64,000 bases of DNA from Eledone cirrhosa (lineage: Eukaryota), in assembly GCA_964016885.1 (NCBI GenBank), contig OZ024740.1, forward strand, positions 86,552,001 through 86,616,000, given 5' to 3'. Below the pieces are notes generated by a model that worked only from the letters and a program-made list of their open reading frames with translations, did no database searches and was not told the DNA's origin. The translations under genes and the position numbers were made by a program. Below, one piece after another: positions 1-12,054 of the stretch (position 1 is its first letter; the number at the start of each line of letters is the position of its first letter).

Positions 1-430
1 AGCAAGGCCTGGGCGGCGTGCTACAGCTTGAGATCGGTGTGGAAGTCGGACCTTCGTAGAGACCTGAAAGTCCGCCTCTTCATTGCTGTCGTGGAGTCTG
101 TGCTGCTGTATGGGTCTGAGACTTGGACACTGACCAAGAGACTCACTCAGATGTTGGATGGGTGCTACACGAGAATGTTGAGGATGGCTCTGAACATTAA
201 TCAGTATACACTGAGGATGAAAAACTCAGAGCTGTATGGGAGCATCCCAAAAGTCAGCTCAAAGGTGACACAGAGGAGACTGAGGTTAGCTGGACATGCT
301 CACCGACATCCAGAGTTGACATTGCACTCAGTGCTCCTTTGGGAGCCCCTACATGGACACACTAGAAGCGGAAGACCAAGGTTAACGTATGTTGATGCCC
401 TAAGGACAGACACTGGTCTGTTGGAGACGC

Positions 431-431
<1 letters not shown>
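1..431 (+). mobile_element. RTE-clade (RTE-X-like) LINE, C-terminal ORF fragment, cut by (TA)n
   Basis: ORF 28-468 has ESVLLYGSETWTLT...DGCYTRMLR...RLRLAGH...GRP, typical of the RTE-group ORF C-terminus; it runs directly into (TA)n at 432. Confidence 0.8.
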
Positions 432-514
<83 letters not shown>

Positions 515-520
515 TATATA
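432..520. repeat. (TA)n microsatellite
   Basis: Directly visible, with two TTA interruptions. Confidence 0.97.
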
Positions 521-589
521 TTGTAGGGTAAAATGACAGGACGCCGGACAGGTTGTATTCCTTTAGATTTTATTACTGCAAATACTATG

Positions 590-635
<46 letters not shown>

Positions 636-1516
636 GTTTAACGTCTATATTCCACGCTTGCATGGGTTTGGACAGGAGTTTTCCCACTTGAGGCAAGAGT
701 GGTTGTCTTGCTCGCATAGGACTGTCTGGCGGGTTTTCTATGGCTGGATGCCCTTCCTAACACTAACCACATTTACAGTGTGGGTCTGGGAGGTTTTTAC
801 CGTGTTGCCTACACGGCCACATTACAGCGTGGACTGTGTTTTTGTCGTGACACCTACACAACCTCATTTGTTTCGGGCTGGATACTGTGGTACCAACATA
901 ACTTTACATTGAAAAGGCTGGTGTGGCTGGGGTGTGGGTAGTGGGACGGGGTGTATTTTGTTAGAGGTGCCTACTGACTGTAGTAGGTTTCACTTTTGTA
1001 TTTAGATAAGGCGGGTCTTCTATACTACCGTGTAGCGCCAAAGATCTCGGTCCAGTGACTTTGTCTTGGTGAGGTGTAAGTGTGTGAGGTCGGAATTTAT
1101 CAAGTCGTCCCAGGTTTTTCTGGGTCTGCCTATTCCGTGGCTACCGTCTATTTTTATTGCCCTGCACTTTTTTATACAGCTATCGTCTTTCATGCGCATC
1201 ACGTGACCTTACCAACGTAGTCTTCTCTCGAGTAAACAACATCTGATCCCTCTTATTCCTAATTTCTCCCTTAGTTCGTTTATGCTTTGCCGTTCACGTA
1301 TATTACTGTTACACATACAGCGGAACATGCAAGCTTCGTTTCTCTCCAGCCTGCGTATATCCTCTGCACACAATGCCCAGGTCTCACTGCCATGTAACAT
1401 TGCTGTTCGTATGCAGGCATCATACAGCCTGCCTTTCATTTTTAGAGAGAACCCTTTAGCGGTCAATAGTGGTATAAGCTCTCTGAACTTTTTCCATCCC
1501 GTTCTGACTCTAGCTA
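590..1516 (-). mobile_element. RTE LINE 3' fragment with (GAT)n tail
   Basis: Minus ORFs 1209-1466 and 1020-1202 (KGRLYDAC..MLHGSETW..RRLRW*GHVMRM..GRPRKTW) are joined across one stop; the 3' UTR ends GACGTTAAACGATGATGAT at ~590-645. Confidence 0.85.
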
Positions 1517-1552
<36 letters not shown>

Positions 1553-1555
<3 letters not shown>

Positions 1556-3851
1556 CAAAGGAATTGTGGTAAGGAACCAGATGGACCATAACGCACCAGA
1601 GTGCTCAATACTTAGGGTAGTAGAGTGGGAAATAGGAAAAAGTATGACCCCGACGGCAGAGCTCAAGCCGTTTCGACGGCTATTCTGGACTAAATTAGAA
1701 CTTTTAGCCTGGTGAATAAATAGCCGAACCTGTCAAGGGGGTACTTCCTTATATGGGAAGATTGTAGTTGTCAAGAGGATTAGTTAAAATTTGTTGTAAA
1801 CACAAATAAGTCTATCATGGCATTTGCTGGGAGGTAGGGGTGGCTCAACTTGCCTGTAGAACAATAGGGGAGTGAGTGGAGCGGTCAAGCGTTGAAAGTG
1901 ATATGTATACAGCAGATTCGAAGGATAGTGTATGAAGTGGAGGAGGGAGGTTATAGAATAGGTAAATAGAATGAAAGTAGGAGACAATAAAAGATAATAG
2001 AAAGAAATTAAAAGAAATATAAAATTAGATAGCGAGAAATGAATAAAAAAATTACAATGCTATCTTACAATTACAGGTTAATAAGTTGGGAATAGAAAAA
2101 ACTTGTAGAAATTACAAAACTGAAACAAAATTAAAGTGGTTTAACACATCTGCTATAAGTAGTTAGTAAAACGTAATAGGCTAAGTCTATCTTAAAATTA
2201 TAGGGGTGGGGTAACTGATTCTACAGAGGCCCGATGGGCTGCATCGGGGTAGGCGAAAGGGGAAAAGCAGAGAGGAAGAAAATAGGGGGTGGAAGGAAGT
2301 GATAAGATGAGACAGGGGGGAGAAGAAGACAAAGAGGGAAAGAAAAGAGATACAACAACCTATGTAAGCTGGGGTTTCCCCTAATTTATTCAGCAAGTTG
2401 GGGGGGTCAACCCTTGTCTACCCACCCGGGTCTTTATGGGGTTTGAGGGCGAGGTAAGTCCTACGCAATCTGTGTTTGCATGCGGTTACCAGTTCGTCTT
2501 TCTTGTTTAGGAGTTGGTCCTTCGAAAACAACATTTGTAATGTTTCCTACGAGCATAAGTTACAGGGACGGCGTCCTCCCGTGTAAGAGTTAGCTCTGAA
2601 CAGTAAGCTCCAAGTGAGACTGTAGATTATATTATTATCTTGGAGGTCCCAGATGTGGCCCGAAAGTGTAGTGGCATGTCGCCGGACCGGGTTTCAGAAA
2701 GTATGTCGGTGTTGGTAGAGCCGGGTCTTGAAGTCACACGCGGTTAATCCTATATAAGCTTTGTTGCAGGTGTCCGTCCTCACGTTGCACTGGTAGATTT
2801 CTCGGCATTTCTTCTTGAGGGGACAGGTAGATCTATCAGGACAGTTACACCTCCTGGTCGGCTCTCCACTGATGTCTAGGTTATTTCTTCCATAGGGGTT
2901 GAGTTTTTTGTTGTTTGAGGAGACGATGTTTTGTGCGAAGTTAGGTGTGGTGCTGTAGGAGAGTTTGGTGGTGTTTTTGTTGATTACGTTGTGGTAGCGG
3001 TGTTGTGGGAAGTGTTTTTCGAGGAGTCTAAAGAAGATTTTCCCGATAGGTGTTGCCACCTCGGCATTATGGGGAGGATTGAACCACGTTACGTTGCGTG
3101 AGCGGCGGTGTCACCTGCTGGTTCCGCTAAGGGAATCTGGATAAAAGAATATTTCCTCCCGGAAGCCACTCCGCTTGAGGGCCTGGTTGTAATGAGGCGC
3201 GTGTTCGTCGAATTAGCAGACAAACGAGATATGCGGAGGGAGATGTTTTTAACCAGGTTATTGGTGATGTTTCTAGGATGGTTAGAGCGGCGGTGGATGT
3301 AGTGCAGGTTGTCGTTTGGTTTCCTGTATGGGTAGTACAGATCATTTTAGAGGTTAAGGGTAACGTCCAGGAAGTTGACTCGGGTTAGGGACTTTAGTAG
3401 GGTGATTTTAAATTCCCAGTCCCGGAAGAAGTTGATTAGGTGTTTACGCACCCGGTCTGTACTACTGGGGTTGTACCCTTTGAGGGTGAGGAGCCAATCA
3501 CCCCGGTACAATCCACCGCCGAATGCAGGAAACATTTCGGTGAGTTTAAATAGTAGGAATAATCCTATAAGATCTGTGACCTCGGCCGAATCCGTCGCGC
3601 CCATACTGACGTCGAAGGGAGAATCGGGAGCTCTCTTTATCCACTTGGAGTTGTCGAAAAGTAGGACTGTCTTCCTGGCGTGGAGAATGATATTTCTTTC
3701 CTGGTCAGTGATGGGTGTGAGTGTTTCGGCAAAGTCCAAGGCGGCCGTAAGGAGCGGTAAGGTAATAGATGCATAGCAACTCTCTATGTCAAACTGGATG
3801 AATTTTGTGTCTCGTTTGTCCTCCATATTCCTGAACCATGAGATTACTTCC
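1553..3851 (-). mobile_element. Penelope-like element family A, left inverted arm (5'-truncated RT + GIY-YIG + 3' UTR), defective
   Basis: Minus ORFs 3347-3952 (FIQFDIES, DVSMGATDSAEV, VNFLDVTLNL) and 2694-3059 (CNCPDRSTCPL, IYQC..YIGLT); reverse complement of 4258-6516; starts right after (TA)n. Confidence 0.92.
1640..1746 (-). ncRNA. Type I hammerhead-like ribozyme, variant core UUGACAG, extended stem II (family A, left arm)
   Basis: Minus strand: AAGTA-C-CCCC [TTGACAG] G TT CGGCTATT..AATAGCCG TC [GAAA] CGGC..GCCG [TC] GGGG-TCA-TACTT; stems I, II and III all pair. Confidence 0.65.
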
Positions 3852-3889
3852 GACATCATGGTGCACTCCTGAACCATGAGATTACTTCC

Positions 3890-6516
3890 GACATCATGGT
3901 GCACTCGGACAAAACTGGAAACGTCTACTTCGTCAACCCTGACAGATACCACACACTGATCAGGAGCAGCCTAAACTCCACCTATAAAAAGGCTAAACAT
4001 TCAATTATCGAGGACATAAATCAAGATGGACAACAAATTACCCCCAGCCTCGGGGTCGCCGACCGTACTGAACCCCTAGACCCACGGACTACCTACTTCA
4101 CACTGAAGGACCACAAATCCGACTTCGACCGCAAACCATCCATTAGGCTTATAAACCCAACGAAGTCGGGCATAGGGAGAATCAGTAAAAAGATCGTAGA
4201 CCGAGTTATAGCAAAAGTTAAGCAAAACGTGAGACTTAGCCTATGGGTCAGCACCCAGGAAGTAATCTCATGGTTCAGGAATATGGAGGACAAACGAGAC
4301 ACAACATTCATCCAGTTTGACATAGAGAGTTACTATACAGCTATTACCTTACCGCTCCTTACGGCTGTCTTGGACTTTGCCGAAACACTCACGCTCATCA
4401 CTGACCAGGAAAGAAATATCATTCTCCACGCCAGCAAGACAGTCCTACTTTTCGACAACTCCAAGTGGATGAAGAGAGCTCCCGAATCCCTTTTCGACGT
4501 CAGTATGGGCGCGACGGATTCGGCCGAGGTCACAGATCTTATAAGATTATTCCTACTATGTAAACTCACCGAAATGTTTCCTGTATCTGGCGGTGGATTG
4601 TACTGGGATGATGGGCTCCTCACCCTCAAAGGGTGTGCTACCGGTCTATACTACCCAAGTAGTACAGACCGGGTCCGTAAACAACTAGTCAACTTCTTCC
4701 GGGACTGGGAATTTAAAATCACCCTACTAACGTCCCTAACCCGAGTCAATTTCCTGGACGTTACTCTTAACCTCGAAAATGATCTGTACTACCCATACAG
4801 GAAACCAAACAACAACCTCCACTACATCCACCGCCACTCTAACCATCCTAGAAACATCACCAATAACCTGGTTAAAAACATCTCCCTCCGCATATCTCGT
4901 TTGTCCGCTAATGAGCAGATATTCGACGAACATGCGCATCATTACAACCAGGCCCTCAAGCGGAGTGGCTTCTGGGAGGAAATATCCTTTTATCCAGCTT
5001 CCCTTAGCGGAACCAGTAAGCGACACCGCCGCTCACGCAACGTAACGTGGTTCAATCCTCCCCATAATGCCGAGTTGGCAACACCTATCGGGAAAATCTT
5101 CTTTAGACTCCTCGAAAAACACTTCCCACTACAACACCGCTACCACAACATAATCAAACACCACCAAACTCTCCTACAGCACCACACCTAACTTCGCACA
5201 AAACATCGTCTCCTCAAACAACAAAAAACTCAACCCCTATGGAAGAAATAACCTAGAGATCAGTGGAGAGCCGACCAGGACGTGTAAATGCCCTGATAGA
5301 TCTACCTGCCCCCTCAACAACAAATGCCGAGAACATAACGTGTTCTACCAGTGCAACGTGAGGACGGACACCTGCAACAAAGCTTATATAGGATTAACCG
5401 CGTGTGACTTCAAGACCCGGCTCTACCAAAACCGACATACTTTCTGAAACCCGGTCCGGCGACATGCCGTTACACTTTCGGGCCACACTTGAGACCTCCA
5501 AGATAATAATATAACCTACAATCACACTTTGAGCTTACTGTCCACAGCTAACTCTTACACGGGAGGACGCCGTCCGAGTAACTTATGCTCGGAGGAAACA
5601 TTACAAATGTTGTTTTCGAAAGACCAACTCCTAAACAAGAAAGACGAACTGGTAACCGCATGCAAACACAGATTGCGTTGGACTTACCTCGCCCTCAAAC
5701 CCCATAACGACCCGGGTGGGTAGACAAGGGCTGATCCCCCCCCCCAACTTGCCGAATATGTTAGGGGAAACCCCAGCTTACATAGGTAGTTGTATCTCTT
5801 TTCTTTTCCTCTTTGTCTTCTTCTTATCCCTGTCTCATCCTATCACTTCCTTCCACCCCCTATTTTCTTCCTCGTCTGCTTTTCCCCTTTCGCCTACCCC
5901 GACCGATGCAGCCCATCGGGCCTCTGTAGCATCAGTTCCCCACCCCTGTAATTCTAAGATAGACTTGGCCTATTACGTTTTACTAACTACTTATAGCAGA
6001 TGTGTTAAACCCCTTTAATTTTGCTTCAGTTTTGTAATTTCTACAAGTTTTTTCTATTCCCAACTTATTAACCTGTAATTGTAAGATAGCATTGTGATTT
6101 TTTTCATTCATTTCTTACTATCTAATTTTATATATTTTTTTATTTCTTTCTAGTATCTTTTATTGTCTCCTACTTTCATTCGATTTACCTATTCTATAAC
6201 CTCCCTCCTCCACTTCATACACTATCCTTAGAATCTGCTGTATACATATCACTTTTAACGCCTGACCGTTCCACTCACTCCCCTATTGTTCTACAGGCAA
6301 GTTCAGCCACCCCTACCTCCCAGCAAATGCCATGATAGACTTATTTGTGTTTACAACACATTTTAACCAATCCTCTTGACAACTACAATCTTCCCATATA
6401 AGGAAGTACCCCCTTGACAGGTTCGGCTATTTATTCACCAGGCTAAAAGTTCTAATTTAGTCCAGAAATAGCCGTCGAAACGGCTTGAGTTCTGCCGTCA
6501 GGGTCATACTTTTTCA
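3890..6516 (+). mobile_element. Penelope-like element family A (Nematis-like), right arm, 5'-truncated, defective
   Basis: ORF 3896-5191 carries PLE RT motifs (SDKTG, FDIESYY, MG, YWDD for YRDD, NFLDV, YRKP..HSNHP, WFNPP); a frameshifted GIY-YIG follows at ~5200-5720, then the 3' UTR ending at (CA)n. Clade label is inference. Confidence 0.93.
6404..6511 (+). ncRNA. Type I hammerhead-like ribozyme, variant core UUGACAG (family A, right arm)
   Basis: Same fold as 1640-1746; core 6414-6420, GAAA 6477-6480, GTC 6497-6499; the first stem I pair is a mismatch in this copy. Confidence 0.6.
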
Positions 6517-6517
6517 T

Positions 6518-6518
<1 letters not shown>

Positions 6519-6586
<68 letters not shown>
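6519..6586. repeat. (CA)n microsatellite
   Basis: Directly visible. Confidence 0.97.
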
Positions 6587-6589
<3 letters not shown>

Positions 6590-6657
6590 GTGTTGGTGTA
6601 ATGGTAGCACAGTGGTCGCGATAACCACAGATGTGGGTTCGACTCCCATGTACGTCA
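6587..6657 (+). pseudogene. tRNA-like sequence (SINE head or tRNA pseudogene)
   Basis: A box TGGTGTAATGG and B box GGTTCGACTCC; D stem GTGT/GCAC, anticodon stem GTGGT/ACCAC with 7-nt loop CGCGATA, T stem GTGGG/CCCAT; weak acceptor stem and no U33. Confidence 0.6.
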
Positions 6658-6808
6658 ATACTCATCTTTTTCCATTTATCTGAGGGTTCTAAACCCCGTT
6701 ATCAAGCTAAAATTCCTTTAGTCAAAAATACGGTGAAAGCTATATATTTTCTAATTTCAAACTCTCTCACTGTTTCAAAACATACTTACTTGATATATAT
6801 ATATATAT

Positions 6809-7560
6809 AAATAAAAGGAAAGCCCAAACAAGAGACGGTTCCCTCTTCAGTTGTCTGTTGGCGGTCTCGGACATTTCAACGCATTAAAGACAATATGTCT
6901 ATCTCCAGTGCGTCAATAACTTTTGTAAGTTATTGGGGAAGGAAAAAAGGAGAGAGAAAAAATAAATTAAACAGAAGGGAAAAAATTAAAAAACGCGCCG
7001 AACATACCGATAAAGGGGTGGAGGACACGAGGAGAAGTACATGTATGTAAATAAGCGGGAGAGAGGGAGAAAGAGACAGACAGAAGTCAAACCGGCGTCT
7101 TTCTCTCTGCTCCCTTACTACTTCCGTTTTCTTTCGTCTCTGCCTCTTTTCGCCTACTCTCGCCGAGGTTAGACTTGTTTTTCTTCGCTCTCCCTATCTT
7201 GCTGTCAATAAGGCCTCGGACTTATGTTCAACCACCGGTTTCACTTCTCTCTCTCTCTCTCTCTCCAGGTTACTTACATATATGTGCTTCTTCTAGTGAT
7301 CCCCCACTTTATCGGTATGTTGTCTGCGTTTTTTTCTTCTCTTTTTTCCCTTCTGTTTAATTTATTTTCTCACTCTCCTTTTTTCCTTTCCCAATAACTT
7401 GCAAACATTATTGACGCACTGGAGATAGACATATTGTCTTTAATGCGTTGAAATGTCCGAGACCTCCAGCAGACAATTGAAGAGGGACCTGTCCCTTGTT
7501 TGTGCTTTCCTTTTATTTCTAAATACACTTTATCAAGTAACCATACAGCCCCTTGTTCCT
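6809..7560. mobile_element. Non-coding foldback element (diverged inverted arms ~6809-7095 and ~7235-7518) flanked by (TA)n
   Basis: For example ACATTTCAACGCATTAAAGACAATATGTCTATCTCCAGTGCGTCAATAA (6871-6919) is the reverse complement of ~7409-7457; TA runs on both sides. Confidence 0.75.
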
Positions 7561-8599
7561 TATATATGTATATATATACCCACACACATATATTCACTAA
7601 CCCGGAGTTACTCGGTTAGTGAATATATTTCTATTCAATATTGTTTTAGCAGAAACCTCATACCACATTTGGTAGGTCGCATCATTATGACATTGTTGGA
7701 CAGTTGATGATACTATTTTCTACAGAGATGCGACATACCCGAATTTTTTTTATTTCATCGTGGATCTGTAAAGCCTTCATTGTGCCTTTTGTTCATTAAA
7801 TATTTCGCAGCTATCACCTGGTCTGGGATTGCAAGATTATAGTCTTCGAAATATGACGTGATTAACGGTCGCAAGATTAAGAAAGGTTATAATTAATGTG
7901 AATCTTAGTATTATACTCAGGTTTACAGAAACCATATTCATGTATAACCATATTCATGTATAACCATATTTATCTATAACCATATTATCTATAACCTATT
8001 TTTTCCATTTTCAGGTCATTCCTGGGATACCCCAATGCAATAGTCCTGGTGTTGCACTTGATGTGTTCTCTCGACGAGTAGAATGGCGTTCTCTTCATTC
8101 ATGCGTACTTTATTGATGTAATTGTTTTTAAGAGATGATACGCTATACAATGGTTTTTCTGTGTTTATCATAAACCTTCCCATTCCTTTCTTCTTCGATA
8201 GGGTCTGTTGTTATCACTTTTTTGTGAAAATCTCTGGTTGAAACCCAGATTTGTCGGATTTTAATATCTGGAGAAAGAATTTTCTCTGTAGACCAGTCAA
8301 ATATCCCAAATATTAGTATCAGTGCTGATATCGTAAATGTATTGAAATATTTTGTCTTGTAGGAGGAATGCTCAAACTGTCGTATAGTTATGTATGTACA
8401 ATATTCTTTGATCAAACAGTTTTTGTTCTTAGCATCTTTGTATGGTATATTTTCGTCAAGCCTCAGGTATTTGTAGCATTTATTTTATGGCAGGGTTAGA
8501 GATAGAGAGAAATAAAGCTAAGTCTCTGGATTATGAAAGCAGATATTTTTCTGCATTCAATTGTCATAGATGAGCATGTCTTTTGAAAAAGCTATTAAT

Positions 8600-9520
8600 A
8601 ATTGTTTCTACTTTTGCCACAAGGCCAGCAATTATCCCAGTTCATTACTGGTGCTTTATTTTATCGACCCCGTAAGGATGAAAGGCAAACTTGATCTCGG
8701 CAGGATTTGACCCCAGAACGTAAAGGGCCATATCTCTATGCCGCAAAGCATATTATTAATAATTGTCTCTACTTTAGGCACAAGGCCAGCAATTACTTAG
8801 TGCATTACTGGTACTTTATTTTATCGACCCCGTAAGGATGAAAGGCAAAGTCAACCTCGGCGGGATTTGAACTCAGATCGTAAAGGGACGTAACTATGCT
8901 GGAAAGCATGGCGTCCGACCCTCTACTGATACTGCCACAGTATTGTAAACATTTTCAGTTTAGTTATTTCATAAAGAAATTATTGGTTACATTAGCGTCT
9001 ATGGGTGTAAACTTACTATTATTATTAGTAGTAGTAGTATTGTAGGTCGGTGGATTGGCAAGATCGGTAGAGGATCGGATACCCTGCAATGACGCATGGA
9101 GTTACGGCCCTTAACATGCAGAGTTCAAATCCCACCGAGGTTAACTTTGCCTTTCATCCTTATGAAGTCGATAAAATAATGTATCGGTAATGCACTGGGG
9201 CTTGATTTAATCGACTTTTCCTTCAAAGTGCCTAAAGTAGAAATCATTGATATCATTATTGTTGTAGGGTAGTGGATTGACAGAATCGGTAGAACATCGG
9301 ACAATATGCTTAGTTGCATAGAGTTACGGCCCTTCCCATCATTTATGTTTTCTCCGTTTTTGCGAACGCCAGTAAGAATATAATTTCAGAAGAAATAAGA
9401 CAAACGTCGCCTGGAATTGAATCACGCCGGGGCTATCTTTGCCTTTCATCCTTACGGGGTCGATAAAATAAGGAACGAATAATGCACTGGGGTCGATTTA
9501 ATCGAATTTCCCCTCATCTA
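8600..9520. mobile_element. Cluster of tRNA-derived SINE copies (Meta-domain-like core): two minus, then about three plus
   Basis: Repeated core TTTGCCTTTCATCCTTACGGGGTCGATAAAATAA(A)GTACCAGTAATGCACTGG, with GTTCAAATCC B box in the head. Confidence 0.85.
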
Positions 9521-9551
9521 ATCTTAAACCATCATTATTATTATTATCATG

Positions 9552-10350
9552 TTCTTGGAGGACTCTGGGCGTTGTCGATAATCAAATAGCTAATCCTCTC
9601 CAGAGAATTTTCAATCTAGTCCCATGGATAACCTTCAGAAATCCCTGGCCTGGCAGTGCTACCGGAGAAAATTACCCGTTCGAGATAAACAGGCATGGAA
9701 GTGCCTTCAGCCAGGCCTGTCCGTGATGGCCGCAGAGTGACAAAACCCTCCTGCCCGAGCATGTGTTTATGTGAGTTTATGTCGAACACCTGCTATCACG
9801 TGTAGGGCGGAAACGGCTATCAGCAGAGTATATGGTGAAGATTGTTCTGCCAACTTCCTTGATTCGGGAAAAACAGAAGTTTTTATATGTCTGGTGTCCA
9901 TGACGAAAAAGGTTGTGTGGTGGACACGTTTGAAAGAGTTGAAGGCAAGGATTTTCTCTTCGGCTAAGACCTGATTAACTTTTTCAGGTTTCACTTGAAG
10001 AGAAAAATTAGGGTGGCGTGGGAAATGCTGCTTTCCAACCATTTTGTTGAAAGGTGTATGAGAGAGGTGAGCATGGTCTGATTGAATGGGCCTGCTCTGA
10101 GTAGGCGCCTATAAATTCGAGGAGGAAAACTTGCCCTAGCATTCAGGGTGACCGTAGATTTTTGTGGGCTTTCTCCATATGTGACCCTCGGAAGTACACC
10201 CCTAACATTGGAGAATTTATTTGTTTGAATGTTTACATATTCTTATTGCTTTTATTAAAAACAATTTTACACGCCAAAACCCACATTGTACCGACCTGCT
10301 CCGTCCTTAATGTTTTCTTAATGTGAACCCTGCATGGCTAATAATGAACT
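9552..10350 (+). mobile_element. Degenerate 3' fragment of a Tx1/L1-like LINE (related to 38597-41718)
   Basis: CAGAAATCCCTGGCCTGGCAGTGCTACCG and FICLVSMTKKVVWWTRLK match the 38844-39455 ORF; flanked by (ATT)-type repeats. Confidence 0.85.
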
Positions 10351-12054
10351 TATCATTATTGTGGTTGTTGTTATTCATTCCTCAATGTTCTAAGTATTAC
10401 TAGTGAAGGGGAGGAATAGACCCCGGCCAGCCATGGTGAAGTAGTTCTCCTATGAAAGACACTCCAGTTAAGACCATCCTGTCTTTTGTTTACTAAGGAT
10501 ACATCATCATCATCATTTTTAAGATCCCCTCCGAAATCATCACCATTTTCATGACCATCTTTAGCATCATCATCATCCCCGTCACCATAGTAATCTTCAT
10601 TGTAATCCTTCTGTTCATCATCGTCATTATCAAAATTGTGTTATAATCGCTGTCATCATCATCAGTCCTATTGTCATCCACACTACTATCTTCAGCATTA
10701 TCATTACTATCACCATCATTATCACCACCAACAACAACATCAACATCATCAACATTATGAACTTTATTTGAAACTGAATTAAGTCAACTGTGAAATTAGG
10801 AGTCTGTGTGTGTGGAGGAGGGGAATATGATTGAAGGTATTGTTTGTGTAGAATATCACATTTTTAGGTGGGAATTTGTAGCAATGGTACGAATAATTTC
10901 ATTCAAAGTTGGTAAATATCAATCATTAGCCAAGGAAACTAACCGGAACCGGAAATAGGAATAGGATGCTGTATGAGCAACAACAAAATAACACAAGGAA
11001 AGAAGGAGAGGAAGAATGAGGGGAAAAAGAAAAAGAAAGAAAAACAATTTCCGACAAAAAGAAAATGAGAATGGCAACAAATCGATTTAACTAGATCTCC
11101 ATTATAAACTTGCTGGCCACAATCCGTTCGTATCATCCGAAATACTAGTTTGACGACTCTTTCCTTCCCCTTTCTCGTCCTCTTTTACCCTCTTCCTCTT
11201 TACCCTTCATGTCCTCCCATCTTTCTATTCCCCTTCTAACACTCCTTCCCTAATTCCCTCTCTTTCACCCCTCCCTATCGCTATCTGTCTATCGTTATCG
11301 ATTGTAACATCATATATATGTTACTCCAGCTTAGTAGTAAGCAAGAATTCGTTTTCCACTTTGACAGTTCTTCCATTAAGATTGCTACTGTCTGGGAATC
11401 GGATCACCGTCTTTCTATCTTCAATACATTGGTGCAACTTATAAGTCTGATAGTTCTGCTTAGCTTTTTCCTTGCATTTCCTATAAATGCCCGCCCGCCC
11501 CGCCCGCGACCACCGCCACCAGAACCAACACAAAGCTCTGTTGGAATAGATTGTCTTACTTCCTTTCTTTCTTACTTACTTTCGTTCTTTTCACATTATC
11601 CGTAGTTCGTTCCTTTTCGAACTATGGTTCGGTCAGGCTCCATTGCTTGATAAAGAGAATAGAAATAGAGATGATTGTGGTTTTTAGTTTTGTCTATGCT
11701 TTCAAAATATGATATTCTTTCTCAACAATCAGATAATAGATTAATTGAGTGATACTGTAGCGTCATGTTTCTTCCGTAGCATTTTTGATAACCCATTTCT
11801 GCAATTTAAAGTACTTATTTATACAAGAGGAGATTAACAAAGTGAACGTAATAATGTGGTTTTAAGCTGGTAAAATAACAAATCACCTTATTAAAACATA
11901 AATTCTCATAATTCATTACTATCTTACGCATATTGAATACATGTGCGTATGTAAGTGTGGTGTGGGAGTGGAGTAGAAAACAGTCCTTAAGTCTCTTGCA
12001 CATTTATGACAAATGGTCTTAGTTCTATACACAAATGTGCCTATATATATATAC

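Noticed and set aside
6587-6657. Functional tRNA-Ser(CGA)
   Set aside because: No U33, no long variable arm, and an acceptor stem made mostly of G-U pairs.
7413-7500. Hammerhead in the 6.8-7.6 kb foldback (CTGGAGA; C/TTGAAGA)
   Set aside because: No arrangement gives GAAA, stem III, UH and stem I together in both arms.
11318-11605. Complete secreted-peptide CDS
   Set aside because: The hydrophobic stretch is ~35 residues from the Met and no convincing splice donor follows; kept only as a low-interest finding.
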